The translations under genes and the position numbers were made by a program. The notes beneath the pieces were generated by a model. That model was not told the DNA's origin. It was given only the letters and a program-made list of their open reading frames with translations, and ran no database searches. From Chloroflexota bacterium (GTDB taxonomy: Bacteria > Chloroflexota > UBA6077 > SHYK01): 62,568 nt of DNA. The stretch lies in NCBI GenBank assembly GCA_016202435.1, contig JACQOR010000089.1:1-62568 (forward strand), in the 5' to 3' direction. Positions 1 to 9,685 of this stretch are shown here, one piece after another. Within the stretch, counting starts at the first letter, position 1, and each line of letters opens with the position of its first letter.

Positions 1-924
1 ACCGCCTCCACTACGTGCTCCCTCAGCGGCGTCACCGGCTCCGATAGCGTCTCTTGCTCCGCGGCCTCCTCCAGCTTCGCCAACGCGCTGGTCGGCAACG
101 CGAAGACCGTCACCGCCACCGGCATCACTTTGAGTGGCGCCGCGGCCACCAACTATTCGCTGACCAGTACCACCGCGACGGCCTCCGCCAACATCACGCC
201 GGCTTCGGTCACCGCCTCGGTTACCGCCGCCAACAAGGTCTACGACGGCACGACCGCTGCTACCATCGTCACCTGCAGCCTCTCAGGCATCATCGGGTCG
301 GATAGTGTGACCTGCGCCTCGGCATCGGCGACCTTCGCCGATGCCGAGGTCGGCAGCGACAAGACCGTCACCGCCAGCGGCATCAGCCTGAGTGGCACCG
401 CCGCCGGCAACTACGCTCTCGCCAGCACCACCGCCACGACCTCCGCAAATATCGTCGCCAGCTCAGAACCAGTCATGGGTGTGCTCGTCACGATGCCCGG
501 GCCCATCGCCCCCACCCTCTATACCGTTAGCAGCGCGCAGCCTGGCCAAACGTTCGAGGTCATCGCGGCCCTCCGGAACGACGCGGCGGTTGGATTTACC
601 TATACCCTATCGGTGGAGGCCGAGCCTGGCCAGTCCAGCATCCTGGACACCGATCCAATCACCGGTTTGCAGCTCGCCATCTATCGGTGCTCACCCAGCA
701 CCACGCTCTGCGACGTGCTCGTTTACTCGGGCCCAGCGATCGTTGTCAATCAACCCATGGGTGGCCCGCAAGCGGTCGGCACCGGGGGCGCTCAGCAGGG
801 CCTGGGCCCTGGCCAATTCGACTATGTGTCGATGCGGTTCACGCTTCCTGCCAGCGCAGGCAACGAGTTCCAGGGAGCGACCAGCGTGCTCAAGTTCGTT
901 TGGACCGCCGCCGAGGCCCTCTAA
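1..924 (+). CDS. 5'-truncated secreted/surface protein: YDG-type repeats plus C-terminal TasA/CalY-like domain
   Basis: Frame 1 is open from base 1. There is an 86-aa repeat (TCSLSG at nt 13 and 271) with 'NKVYDGTTAA' and 'GNAKTVTATGITLSG..A.NY' motifs. The C-terminus 'AQPGQTFEV...LPASAGNEFQGATSVLKFVWTA' resembles the TasA/camelysin fold. Confidence 0.7.
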   Translation, partial: TASTTCSLSGVTGSDSVSCSAASSSFANALVGNAKTVTATGITLSGAAATNYSLTSTTATASANITPASVTASVTAANKVYDGTTAATIVTCSLSGIIGSDSVTCASASATFADAEVGSDKTVTASGISLSGTAAGNYALASTTATTSANIVASSEPVMGVLVTMPGPIAPTLYTVSSAQPGQTFEVIAALRNDAAVGFTYTLSVEAEPGQSSILDTDPITGLQLAIYRCSPSTTLCDVLVYSGPAIVVNQPMGGPQAVGTGGAQQGLGPGQFDYVSMRFTLPASAGNEFQGATSVLKFVWTAAEAL

Positions 925-942
925 GCGGACCGGCCTCTCTGA

Positions 943-1000
943 CCCCTGCCTGAAATGCCCGCCCGAAACGCCTGGCGGAGGCATTCTTAAGCAGCAGGGG
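943..1000 (+). terminator. Nested GC-rich hairpin after the YDG-protein stop
   Basis: CCCCTGC/GCAGGGG, AATGCC/GGCATT and CCGCC/GGCGG arms; no U-tract. Confidence 0.35.
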
Positions 1001-1080
1001 CGAGGGTCCCTGCCCCAAAACGCTGGGCGGACGGGCCTTCCTTCCCGTATAGTTGGGCCTCTTCCCATGCTGGAGGCCTA

Positions 1081-2160
1081 ATGAATTTGCGCATTCCGGG
1101 CCCGACCCCTCTACCCCCGCAGGTGCGCGAGGCGCTGCAAGGGCAGATGATCAACCATCGGGGCCGGGAGTTCGGCCAGATGGTTCGCGCCATCGCCGAG
1201 CAACTGAAGCACTTTTTCCAGACCGAGAACGACCTCGTGATCCTGACTGGCTCGGGTACCGGCGCGATGGAAGCCGCCATAGTGAACACGTGCTCTTCCG
1301 GAGAAAAAGTCTTGGCGGTCTCCATCGGCAACTTTGGCGACCGCTTCGCCACCATTGCCCGTGCCTTCGGGTTGGACGTCACCAAGCTCGACTTTCCGGG
1401 CGGCCACGCTGCCGAACCGCAGGCTGTCGCCGATGCACTGGATCGCAACCCTGACATCACAACGGTGCTGATTACCCACAACGAAACGTCCACCGGTGTC
1501 ACGAACCCCCTGGCCGACCTCGCGCGTGTCGTGAAGGAGCGGAACAAGCTGCTCGTTGTCGATGGAATAAGCTCGGTAGCCTCCATAGATCTCAAGACCG
1601 ATGAATGGGGCTGCGACGTGGTTCTAAGCGGTTCCCAAAAGGGTTGGATGGTACCGCCCGGCCTGGCATTCGCTTCAATAAGCCCCTTCGCGTGGGAACG
1701 CCACGCCGCAGCCAGGCTACCGCGCGTCTACTGGGACTTTGCCGAGCACAAGAAGTATCTGGATCGTGGCGAAACGCCCTGGACGCCGGCCGTCAGCATT
1801 TTCTATGCCTTACGAGTGGCGCTGGACATGATGGAGCAAGAAGGCCGTGAAGAGATCTTTGCCCGTCACGAGCGGGTCGCACAGCGCTGCCGTGACCGCG
1901 CCGTCGCGGCCGGCATGAGTCTCTTCGCGGACCAGCGCTACGCTTCCAACACCGTCACTGCCTTCTACACTCCAGAAGGAATAGACTCGCGCTCGATCGC
2001 CACGGAGCTGGAAGATGAGTTTGACACCGTCGTAGCTCTCGGACAGGCTCAGTGGACCAACACCTCGTTGCGCATCGGCCACCTGGGATGGGTCAATGAA
2101 TCAGACATCGACCGGACGATGGATGCGCTAGAGAAGGTCCTCAGCCGGACCCAAGCATAG
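1081..2160 (+). CDS. Class V PLP aminotransferase (serine-pyruvate/alanine-glyoxylate type; likely SerC function next to serA)
   Basis: IPGPTP, GSGTGAMEA, HNETSTG, VDGISS and SGSQKG (PLP Lys) motifs; GGAGG RBS. Confidence 0.9.
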   Translation: MNLRIPGPTPLPPQVREALQGQMINHRGREFGQMVRAIAEQLKHFFQTENDLVILTGSGTGAMEAAIVNTCSSGEKVLAVSIGNFGDRFATIARAFGLDVTKLDFPGGHAAEPQAVADALDRNPDITTVLITHNETSTGVTNPLADLARVVKERNKLLVVDGISSVASIDLKTDEWGCDVVLSGSQKGWMVPPGLAFASISPFAWERHAAARLPRVYWDFAEHKKYLDRGETPWTPAVSIFYALRVALDMMEQEGREEIFARHERVAQRCRDRAVAAGMSLFADQRYASNTVTAFYTPEGIDSRSIATELEDEFDTVVALGQAQWTNTSLRIGHLGWVNESDIDRTMDALEKVLSRTQA

Positions 2161-2172
2161 AGAGTGCGGCCG

Positions 2173-3747
2173 ATGGCCATTCTCGTTGTTGACCCCATAG
2201 CCGAAGACGGCATCGATGTTCTCAGGAGTCATGCAGAGGTAGAAGTGCGCCTCGGGCTCAGCCCCAACGAACTGCTCCAGCTCGTGCCGAAGTACCAGGC
2301 GCTGGTGGTCCGCAGCGAGACGCGAGTAACAGCTGACGTCATCGCGGCTGGCAAGAACCTTCAGGTGATAGGCCGGGCGGGTGTGGGTGTCGACAATATT
2401 GACGTAGACGCTGCCACGGAGCGCGGCATCGTCGTGGTCAATGCTCCGGCCGCCATAACCATTACGACCGCCGAACACACGTTCGCTCTGATCATGGCCG
2501 CCGCCAGGAATATTCCTCAAGCCGCCCAATCGCTTCGTGAAGGGCGGTGGGACCGTTCCAAGTTCGTCGGTTCCGAGATACGCGGCAAGACGCTGGGCGT
2601 CTATGGAATGGGCCGCATCGGCAGCGCCGTCGCCAAGCGGGCTCTCGCCTTCGAGATGGACGTGATTGGATTCGACCCCTATTTGCCCGAAGACGCCTTT
2701 CAACGACTCGGGGTCGAGCTCGTCGACCTCGAGTCGTTACTTGCGCGGGCGGACTTCCTTACGCTCCACGTTCCCGCCACGGCAGATACCGAGAATCTCA
2801 TTGGCTCGGTGGAATTTGCCAAGATGAAGCCGACTGCATGGCTCATCAATTGTGCGCGCGGAGCGCTGGTCGACGAGGCAGCCCTCATCGACGCATTGGA
2901 TCGCGGTGTCATTGCCGGCGCTGCGCTCGATGTTTTCAAAGTCGAGCCGGCGGCCGACAATCCGCTGGTTCGGCATCCGAAAGTTGTCTCGACGCCCCAT
3001 CTTGCCGCCAGCACCCGCGAAGCCCAGGCCAGCGTGGGCGTGGAAACGGCCGAACAGATCATCGCGGTCCTGGAGGGCCGCCCAGCGCCTTTCGCCGTCA
3101 ACGCACCGATCGTCTCGGGCGAGACGGCTCGCGTCCTCGGCCCCTACGCACACCTGACCCAGATACTCGGAAATTTGTGCACCCAACTCGCCGAGGGCCG
3201 GATGCGGAGCGTTCAGCTCACTTACAGCGGTGATATCGCTGACTATGACACCACCGTGCTCCGGGCCTCTGCGATCCGCGGTCTCCTGGAGCGGGTATCC
3301 GGAGAGAACGTAAACCTCGTGAATGCCTCCATCGTAGCTCGCAACCGAGGACTCCGGATCACCGAGCGGACGACCAGTACCGCTCAACCGTACGCAAACC
3401 TCGTTCTGATCCATGTCGAGACTGACCGGGGTACGTCCTCCGTTGGCGGAACTGTCATCAATGGTGAGCCGCACATCGTCTGCATCGACGACTACTGGGT
3501 CACCGTAGTGCCAACAGACAGTCATCTACTCCTCATTCGACACACCGACCAGCCGGGAATGATCGGCAAGGTTGGCACGATCCTCGGCGAGGCGGACATC
3601 AATATCTCGTCGATGCAAGTCGGGCGTGAGCGCCCTCGGGGCCGCGCCCTGATGCTGCTCTCTCTCGATGATCCCGTCCCACCTGCCGTAGTCCGCCGAA
3701 TTTCCGACGTGACGAACCTGAACGACGTGAAATCGGTGCGAATCTAA
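2173..3747 (+). CDS. serA: D-3-phosphoglycerate dehydrogenase (long form with ASB and ACT domains)
   Basis: GRAGVGVDNID, GMGRIG, NCARG, TPHLAAST motifs; C-terminal ACT 'DQPGMIGKVG'. Confidence 0.95.
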   Translation: MAILVVDPIAEDGIDVLRSHAEVEVRLGLSPNELLQLVPKYQALVVRSETRVTADVIAAGKNLQVIGRAGVGVDNIDVDAATERGIVVVNAPAAITITTAEHTFALIMAAARNIPQAAQSLREGRWDRSKFVGSEIRGKTLGVYGMGRIGSAVAKRALAFEMDVIGFDPYLPEDAFQRLGVELVDLESLLARADFLTLHVPATADTENLIGSVEFAKMKPTAWLINCARGALVDEAALIDALDRGVIAGAALDVFKVEPAADNPLVRHPKVVSTPHLAASTREAQASVGVETAEQIIAVLEGRPAPFAVNAPIVSGETARVLGPYAHLTQILGNLCTQLAEGRMRSVQLTYSGDIADYDTTVLRASAIRGLLERVSGENVNLVNASIVARNRGLRITERTTSTAQPYANLVLIHVETDRGTSSVGGTVINGEPHIVCIDDYWVTVVPTDSHLLLIRHTDQPGMIGKVGTILGEADINISSMQVGRERPRGRALMLLSLDDPVPPAVVRRISDVTNLNDVKSVRI

Positions 3748-3959
3748 GGATTGGTTTCAGGCCGATCAAGCGCTTCCAACAGGCAATAACGCGCGCGAGA
3801 GAGCGTTTCACCAGATGGCGCAGGCGCCAGGGGCTGGCTGCGCCATCGACGGCCTGGCCACCCATCCTCCGTCAAGGCCTGAGCTGGTACGGCGGCCTCA
3901 GCGACCTTCGCGCTGGCACCCTCCACCTTGCAATCCTGTTCTTCGTTCTGTCCACGTGC

Positions 3960-4523
3960 ATGTACCTGCTCGGCGCGACCGCTCTGATGTCGCCCGTCCT
4001 CCAGAGCAACTTCACCCCTGGGCCGACGCTTGGGCCGCTCGATGTGGAGGAGGAATCTGAAGAAGCGGCTGCTCCTGTGGTGCCGACTATTGCGCCGACG
4101 GGTAAGCCGCTGCCAACCCTGGGGCCTCAACCACCGTTACCGCCGGTGACCACGCCAATCCCGACCCGGGTGACCCCAACTCTTGAGGCTACCCCGACTG
4201 ACACACCCACCCAGGAAGTCACCCCCACGTCGCCCTCGACCGTCTCCACCTCCCCGACATCGACGCCACCCTCTCCTTCTTCGACGGCTCAGCGAGGACC
4301 CACCTCAGAATCCGGCCCACCAACCGCAAGCCCCACTCACACCCCGAGCGTACCGCTAGCTCTCACAGCTGCGACCGCAGCTCCGTCGGAGACAACCCTC
4401 CCCATTTCGCAGCCCGCCGATCCGTCGGCGACGATGCCTGCCACTCCGCTGCCCACCATCCTGTCAGTCGCGCCCACGGCAGCTGCATCTCCGGCCACGA
4501 CCTCGACGGCCCTGCCTGGCTAA
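3960..4523 (+). CDS. Membrane-anchored Pro/Thr/Ser-rich hypothetical protein (true start probably upstream)
   Basis: Low-complexity P/T/S tail. An in-frame hydrophobic stretch ([19 protein letters not shown]) begins before the ATG at 3960. Confidence 0.55.
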   Translation: MYLLGATALMSPVLQSNFTPGPTLGPLDVEEESEEAAAPVVPTIAPTGKPLPTLGPQPPLPPVTTPIPTRVTPTLEATPTDTPTQEVTPTSPSTVSTSPTSTPPSPSSTAQRGPTSESGPPTASPTHTPSVPLALTAATAAPSETTLPISQPADPSATMPATPLPTILSVAPTAAASPATTSTALPG

Positions 4524-4545
4524 AGGCCGCCATCCATCGTGCGGC

Positions 4546-4551
4546 TATACT
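4546..4551 (+). promoter_or_regulatory. -10 element TATACT, probable leaderless argF promoter
   Basis: TATACT lies 7 nt before the GTG at 4559; no SD sequence. Confidence 0.45.
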
Positions 4552-4558
4552 TCCACGC

Positions 4559-5497
4559 GTGCGCAGTAAGGACTTCCTTTCCATCGAACAGCTCGACCCG
4601 GAGGAACTGAGCGCCCTCATCGCCGAGGGGCGCGCCTTGAAAGCCGCGCCCCTCTCCCGGAACACACTCCTTGCGGGGCAGTCCGTTGCCCTCCTGTTTC
4701 AGAAGCCGTCACTCCGTACCCGGGTGTCGTTTGAAGTTGCCGCGTCCCAACTGGGCGCCCAGTGCCTGTACCTCTCTCCTCAGGAAGTGGGGCTGGGGGA
4801 GCGTGAGGACGTGGCAGATGTCGCTCGAGTCTTGAGCCGCTATGTCAACTGTATCGTTGCGCGCACCTTTTTTCACCAAGACATCGAAGCGCTCGCCCGC
4901 CACGCGAGCGTGCCCGTAATCAACGGGCTCTCGGACCAGAGTCACCCGTGCCAGATCCTTGGGGATTTGTTGACCATAGAAGAGCACTTCGGGAGGGTCC
5001 GGGGGCTCACCGTGACGTTTGTTGGCGACGGCAACAACGTCGCGCGCTCGCTCGTAGAGGCCGCCCCACGAGCTGGTTTCTCGCTCCGGATCGCGTGCCC
5101 CCCCGGATACGAGCCGGATCCAAGGGCCGTGGCGGCAGCTATCCGGCTCGATCCCGAATCGGTGAGCGTTGGCCACGACGCGGTTCTGGCGGCAACCAAC
5201 GCCGATGTCCTCTACACCGATGTATGGTTTAGCATGGGACAGGAGGCTGAGCGCGATCAGCGAGCCGCGGTATTCCCGCCCTATCGACTTAACGAAGACT
5301 TAGTCAGGCGCGCACATCCCGACACCATCGTCATGCACTGCCTTCCAGCGCATCGCGGCGAGGAGATCACCGACGAAGTCATGGAGAGCCCCGCCTCGGT
5401 GGTCTTCGATCAGGCCGAGAATCGCCTCCACGCACAAAAGGCACTGCTCGCTCACTTGCTCGAGCACCGCTCTGGCTCGGGTCACCTCGAGCGCTAG
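4559..5497 (+). CDS. argF: Ornithine carbamoyltransferase
   Basis: KPSLRTR, HPCQ, DVWFSMG, HCLP and AENRLH motifs. Confidence 0.95.
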   Translation: MRSKDFLSIEQLDPEELSALIAEGRALKAAPLSRNTLLAGQSVALLFQKPSLRTRVSFEVAASQLGAQCLYLSPQEVGLGEREDVADVARVLSRYVNCIVARTFFHQDIEALARHASVPVINGLSDQSHPCQILGDLLTIEEHFGRVRGLTVTFVGDGNNVARSLVEAAPRAGFSLRIACPPGYEPDPRAVAAAIRLDPESVSVGHDAVLAATNADVLYTDVWFSMGQEAERDQRAAVFPPYRLNEDLVRRAHPDTIVMHCLPAHRGEEITDEVMESPASVVFDQAENRLHAQKALLAHLLEHRSGSGHLER

Positions 5498-5517
5498 AAA
5501 CAGCCGCGCGGTGATTG

Positions 5518-6390
5518 ATGTCAGAGCTCTTTGAAATCGCGCGTACGGCCCTCACCCGGTTCGATCTGAGGAATCTCGTCGACATCCTGGTCGTGGCAGC
5601 CATTGCCTACGGCTTGCTCACCCTCATCCAAGGCACGACGGGGATCGCTCTCCTCCGCGGCATCGTCGTCGTCTTTTTGGTGGGTTCGCTTGCGAGCAGT
5701 TGGTTTGGCCTGACCGTTCTCGGCTGGTTGTTGCGTAACGTTCTCCCCGCGCTCCTGATCGCTATCCCGATCGTCTTCCAACCCGAGTTGAGGCGCGCGT
5801 TCGAACATGTGGGAAGAGCCCAGCGTCTCATACTTTGGGGCGCTGGAACCGCGGTGAACCAGCGCGGCGTAGCCGTGGTTTCCGCGGCGGCGGCCGACCT
5901 TTCCCATCGCGGCTGGGGTGCCCTTATCGTGCTGGAAAGGGAGACCCTACTTGGGGAATACACCGCCTCGGGAACGAGGATTGATGCTGACCTGTCTGTC
6001 GAACTGCTCGTGTCGCTTTTTGCGCCCAGGTCACCACTCCACGACGGCGCCGTCGTCGTCCGCGGCGACCGAATCGTAGCTGCCGGTTGTGTCCTCCCAC
6101 TGCCCGAGACGGTCGACGACCAGCTCAGGCCCGCCGCCGTGCGGGGTGGCGCGCCGCGGGAGCTCGGGATGCGCCATCGCGCCGGCATCGGAATCACGGA
6201 GAAGACCGACGCGCTCAGCGTCATCGTGTCCGAGGAAACCGGACGCATCTCGCTCGCCAACAACGGACGAGTCGTCGGCGACCTGGATGATGATCGCCTT
6301 CGGCGGATCCTCAATATGCTCTATAAGCCCGGCCCGTTGGAGACTGGAACCTCGTTCGTCCGAAGCCGGGTATCCAACCGTCAGCCGTGA
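5518..6390 (+). CDS. cdaA: Membrane diadenylate cyclase CdaA/DacA
   Basis: Three N-terminal TM helices, 'FQPELRR', catalytic DGA (LHDGA) and RHR (MRHRA), VSEETG. Confidence 0.93.
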   Translation: MSELFEIARTALTRFDLRNLVDILVVAAIAYGLLTLIQGTTGIALLRGIVVVFLVGSLASSWFGLTVLGWLLRNVLPALLIAIPIVFQPELRRAFEHVGRAQRLILWGAGTAVNQRGVAVVSAAAADLSHRGWGALIVLERETLLGEYTASGTRIDADLSVELLVSLFAPRSPLHDGAVVVRGDRIVAAGCVLPLPETVDDQLRPAAVRGGAPRELGMRHRAGIGITEKTDALSVIVSEETGRISLANNGRVVGDLDDDRLRRILNMLYKPGPLETGTSFVRSRVSNRQP

Positions 6391-7640
6391 CCCGGCTTTT
6401 GCCCCACTTGGACGTGGGCCGTGCCGTGGTCGCTCTGGCGATCGCCCTGCTTCTCTATACCTACGTCCAAAACGAGACGAACCCCTCGGAGATCGGAGGC
6501 TTCGAAGTCCCCGTCGACTTCGTCGACATCCCGCCCGGCCTCCTGGCACAGGCCACGCAAGCTGTGCCGAGCGTGCATGTGCGGGTTAGCGCGCCGCGAG
6601 ACGCTCTCCTTGGCATCCGCTCGTCGAGCCTCCGCGCCTACGTCGACCTGCATCGCGGCAGGAGTGGGATCAACGAGTACCCCGTCGGAGTCGAGCTTCC
6701 CGATCCGCGCGTTCGGCTCCTTGAAGTCGTGCCCGCTGAGCTTCCGGTCCGTTTGGAAGAGATCAGTGAAAAACGAGTGCCCGTTCGGCCAAACCGCACA
6801 GGCGCTGTGCCTTTTGGCTATGAGGCCGGGCAGGTAGAGATCGACCCTCCGGAGATCTCGATCTCAGGCCCCAACTCACTTATCCAGCGAATCGCCAGCG
6901 CCTCTGTTGACATCAAGTTCGATGGCGCAACCGTGAACATGGACGCGTCCTATGCCCCGATCCTGCTTGACGCACAGGGTCATACCGTGGACCCGGACGG
7001 TCGAGCGGTGCGAGAGACGCCCGAGACCGTCCGGGTCCGGATCCCCATCACTCAGCAGATCAGCTACAAGACCGTACCAGTGCGCCCGACCATCACCGGG
7101 AACATCGACAGCGGATACCTCATCGAAGGCGTGGTGGTGGATCCCCCCGTAATCACTCTGGTCGCGCCCCCACAGGCGCTGCGCACTGCGGACCTGGTGG
7201 AAACCGCTCCCGTGGACGTGACTGATGCAGCCACGACCTTGACTCGCCAAGTGGCCTTCCGGATTCCTGAAGGCGTGTCTTTGCTAGGCGCCGATAACGT
7301 GCGTGTTACGGTCAGGGTCACGCCGCTCGTGGTTCTCCAACCGTTTTCTCTGCCGGTCGTCGCCGAGAACGTCTTGTCTGGCCTCCAGGTAGCCGGAGCG
7401 TTGCCCTTTGTGCAGGCGATCATGCGAGGGCCTTCCACCAGTCTGCGTGGGGCTGATCCCACTCAGGCGGGGGCGACCGTCGATTTGGCCGGGCTGGGGC
7501 CCGGCCTCTACGAGCTTCCCGTCAGGGTAAATGCCCCTCCGGACCTCGTCCTGCAGTCAGTCATTCCTTCCAGTGTGGCCGTACGACTCATTGCGCCAGA
7601 GACACCCCAGCCACCCGCGCCGCCCACAGCGGTCCCGTGA
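6387..7640 (+). CDS. cdaR: CdaR/YbbR-domain regulator of CdaA
   Basis: N-terminal TM followed by repeated beta-rich YbbR-like units; GTGA overlap with the cdaA stop. Confidence 0.85.
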   Translation: MTRLLPHLDVGRAVVALAIALLLYTYVQNETNPSEIGGFEVPVDFVDIPPGLLAQATQAVPSVHVRVSAPRDALLGIRSSSLRAYVDLHRGRSGINEYPVGVELPDPRVRLLEVVPAELPVRLEEISEKRVPVRPNRTGAVPFGYEAGQVEIDPPEISISGPNSLIQRIASASVDIKFDGATVNMDASYAPILLDAQGHTVDPDGRAVRETPETVRVRIPITQQISYKTVPVRPTITGNIDSGYLIEGVVVDPPVITLVAPPQALRTADLVETAPVDVTDAATTLTRQVAFRIPEGVSLLGADNVRVTVRVTPLVVLQPFSLPVVAENVLSGLQVAGALPFVQAIMRGPSTSLRGADPTQAGATVDLAGLGPGLYELPVRVNAPPDLVLQSVIPSSVAVRLIAPETPQPPAPPTAVP

Positions 7641-8956
7641 GCCGCGCTATCGTCGCGATTGTTGGCCGGCCGAATGTCGGCAAGTCAACCCTCTTCAATC
7701 GACTGGTTGGCGCCCCTCTGGCGGTCGTCCACGGCACCCCTGGAACAACGCGCGATCGGGTGTACGGTGCGGTCGACTGGGGCAACACCTCGTTCACGCT
7801 GGTCGATACGGGGGGTATAGGTCTCCAGAGGGCAGACTCGCTCAACGACGCGGTCATCGCACAGGTCGACCTCGCGATAGAGCAAGCGGACCTTATCCTT
7901 TTTCTTACCGACCTCCGCGAGGGACCCGTCGGGACCGACCTTGACGTCGCCAAGCGCCTTCGCAGAACCAACAAGCCTGTCCTGCTCGTGGCGAACAAGG
8001 GCGACAGTCCCCGGGACCGAATCCATGCGTCCGAGTTCTACGAGCTTGGTCTCGACGCCCCGATCGTTGTCTCGGCGATTCGTGGAACGGGAACCGGCGA
8101 TCTCCTTGACGCGGTCCTCCAGCGACTGCCTCCTGAATCGTTTGCCCCGGTGGAGGGTGATGAGGACCGCGTCTCCGTCGCCATCGTCGGCAGACCCAAC
8201 GTTGGCAAGAGTTCGCTGCTAAACGCGATCGCCGGAGAAACCCGCGCGGTGGTCGACGACCTGCCCGGCACGACCCGAGATGCGATTGACACCGACCTGG
8301 AATACGCGGGACGTCCGCTTCGTTTCATCGACACGGCCGGCATCCGCAAACGCGGTCATATCGAGCCGGGGGTCGAGTCATTCAGTGTGCTCAGGGCCAT
8401 GCGGGCCATTGACCGGGCGGACATTGCGGTCGTCATGCTCGACGCCCAAGACGCGGTGACCGCCCAAGACGCTCACGTCGCCGGATACATCCATGAGGCC
8501 GCCAAGGGCTGCGTTATCGCGCTCAACAAGTGGGATCTCGTGGAGCCATCTGCCGAGGCCGGTGGCCTCTATCTTGCCACGATCCGCAAGGGTCTGCACT
8601 TCCTCGACTATGCGCCAGCGGTGTTCACGTCGGCGAAAACCGGACTCCACGTCAACCGCGTCCTAGACGCGATTCTTGAGGTCGCCGACCAGCGCGACAG
8701 GAGAATTCCCACGGCGCAGGTGAACGAGTTCATTCACAAAGTCGCCACCACGCACCCCTTCACACGAAAAGGTAAAGCGCTCAAGATTCTTTATGCCACT
8801 CAGGCGTCCACCAGGCCGCCGACCTTTGTCTTTTTCGTCAACGAGCCCGAACTCGTCCATTTCGCTTACCGGCGCCACCTGGAGAACCAGATCCGTAGGG
8901 AGTTTGGCTTCCAGGGGACGGGCATCAGGCTCGTCTTCCGTCATCGCGGCGAGTGA
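7637..8956 (+). CDS. der: Ribosome biogenesis GTPase Der (EngA)
   Basis: Two GRPNVGKS G-domains, DTGG/DTAG, NKGD/NKWD, C-terminal KH-like 'PPTFVFFVN'. Confidence 0.97.
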   Translation: MSRAIVAIVGRPNVGKSTLFNRLVGAPLAVVHGTPGTTRDRVYGAVDWGNTSFTLVDTGGIGLQRADSLNDAVIAQVDLAIEQADLILFLTDLREGPVGTDLDVAKRLRRTNKPVLLVANKGDSPRDRIHASEFYELGLDAPIVVSAIRGTGTGDLLDAVLQRLPPESFAPVEGDEDRVSVAIVGRPNVGKSSLLNAIAGETRAVVDDLPGTTRDAIDTDLEYAGRPLRFIDTAGIRKRGHIEPGVESFSVLRAMRAIDRADIAVVMLDAQDAVTAQDAHVAGYIHEAAKGCVIALNKWDLVEPSAEAGGLYLATIRKGLHFLDYAPAVFTSAKTGLHVNRVLDAILEVADQRDRRIPTAQVNEFIHKVATTHPFTRKGKALKILYATQASTRPPTFVFFVNEPELVHFAYRRHLENQIRREFGFQGTGIRLVFRHRGE

Positions 8957-9061
8957 GGGCGCCGAAAAAGACGTTCGTCGCGATTGTGTCGAAGCACCGA
9001 AGCGGTTTGGGAGCCTCACCACAAACGGCTTGCCGCGTGGAACGAGCGTCTTTCAGCGCCC
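8957..9061. terminator. ~105-nt imperfect hairpin filling the convergent der/hypothetical intergenic space
   Basis: GGGCGC/GCGCCC, AAAGACGTTCGT/ACGAGCGTCTTT and AAGC.GTTTG/CAAAC.GCTT arms. Confidence 0.55.
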
Positions 9062-9063
9062 TG

Positions 9064-9498
9064 TTATTCCTCCGGCATCAGAGGGGGCCGTCCCAAGTAC
9101 CATCGGCGGTCGCCTTCCTTTAGTGGCACTCGCGGCGCCGCCTGCCAATGCGATCCCTCCGCCTGTGTGATGTCCAGGAAGATGGTGACGTTCCGTGGGC
9201 CGGAAGGCCCACCCGCCCAGCGTTCCAGCAGCGACGCTTGCTCGACAGCGACCCCAGTCACGCGGTACCGGTTCCCCAGCCCATTGAGCACGAACGCCTC
9301 CCCTCGGGATCGGTTCTCGGGAGCGATTTCGGCCAAAGCACCAGGACCGTCTGAAGCTTCCAGGGCGACGAAATAGCGCCGCACAGCCGGCTCTGGCCCT
9401 CTATCCCGTCCGACCGTCTCTCCGATAACACCCGTTGCGACCACCCCCGCGGCTAGCATCAGCAGCAGCATGGCGCTGCGGAACCCGTCACGCGCCAT
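9064..9498 (-). CDS. Hypothetical membrane-anchored/secreted protein (possible NTF2-like fold)
   Basis: N-terminal hydrophobic helix, then 'PEPAVRRYFVALEASD'. Confidence 0.65.
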   Translation of the reverse strand: MARDGFRSAMLLLMLAAGVVATGVIGETVGRDRGPEPAVRRYFVALEASDGPGALAEIAPENRSRGEAFVLNGLGNRYRVTGVAVEQASLLERWAGGPSGPRNVTIFLDITQAEGSHWQAAPRVPLKEGDRRWYLGRPPLMPEE

Positions 9499-9594
9499 GC
9501 GCCGCCCACCCCCGAGTTCCGGAATCGTCACTTGGGCCAACCTGCTTCCGCCCACTCAACTGACGTCGGCCGGTGCTTCGTTTCGCTCTCCGTG

Positions 9595-9623
9595 TTGACA
9601 AGACCTCAAGGTTAGCGTACTAT
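9595..9623 (+). promoter_or_regulatory. Near-consensus sigma70-type promoter
   Basis: TTGACA (9595-9600), 17 nt, TACTAT (9618-9623). Confidence 0.8.
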
Positions 9624-9627
9624 TCTT

Positions 9628-9642
9628 CTAACAAACTGTTAG
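9628..9642. promoter_or_regulatory. Palindromic operator candidate overlapping the predicted transcription start
   Basis: Perfect inverted repeat CTAACA-AAC-TGTTAG. Confidence 0.55.
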
Positions 9643-9685
9643 GTAGCCGAACGCTCTGCGATAATAACGATGGAGGCCTTCAACT

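Noticed and set aside
925-1080. Glycine, ZTP or c-di-GMP riboswitch before the serine genes
   Set aside because: A hairpin is present but the family consensus elements are absent.
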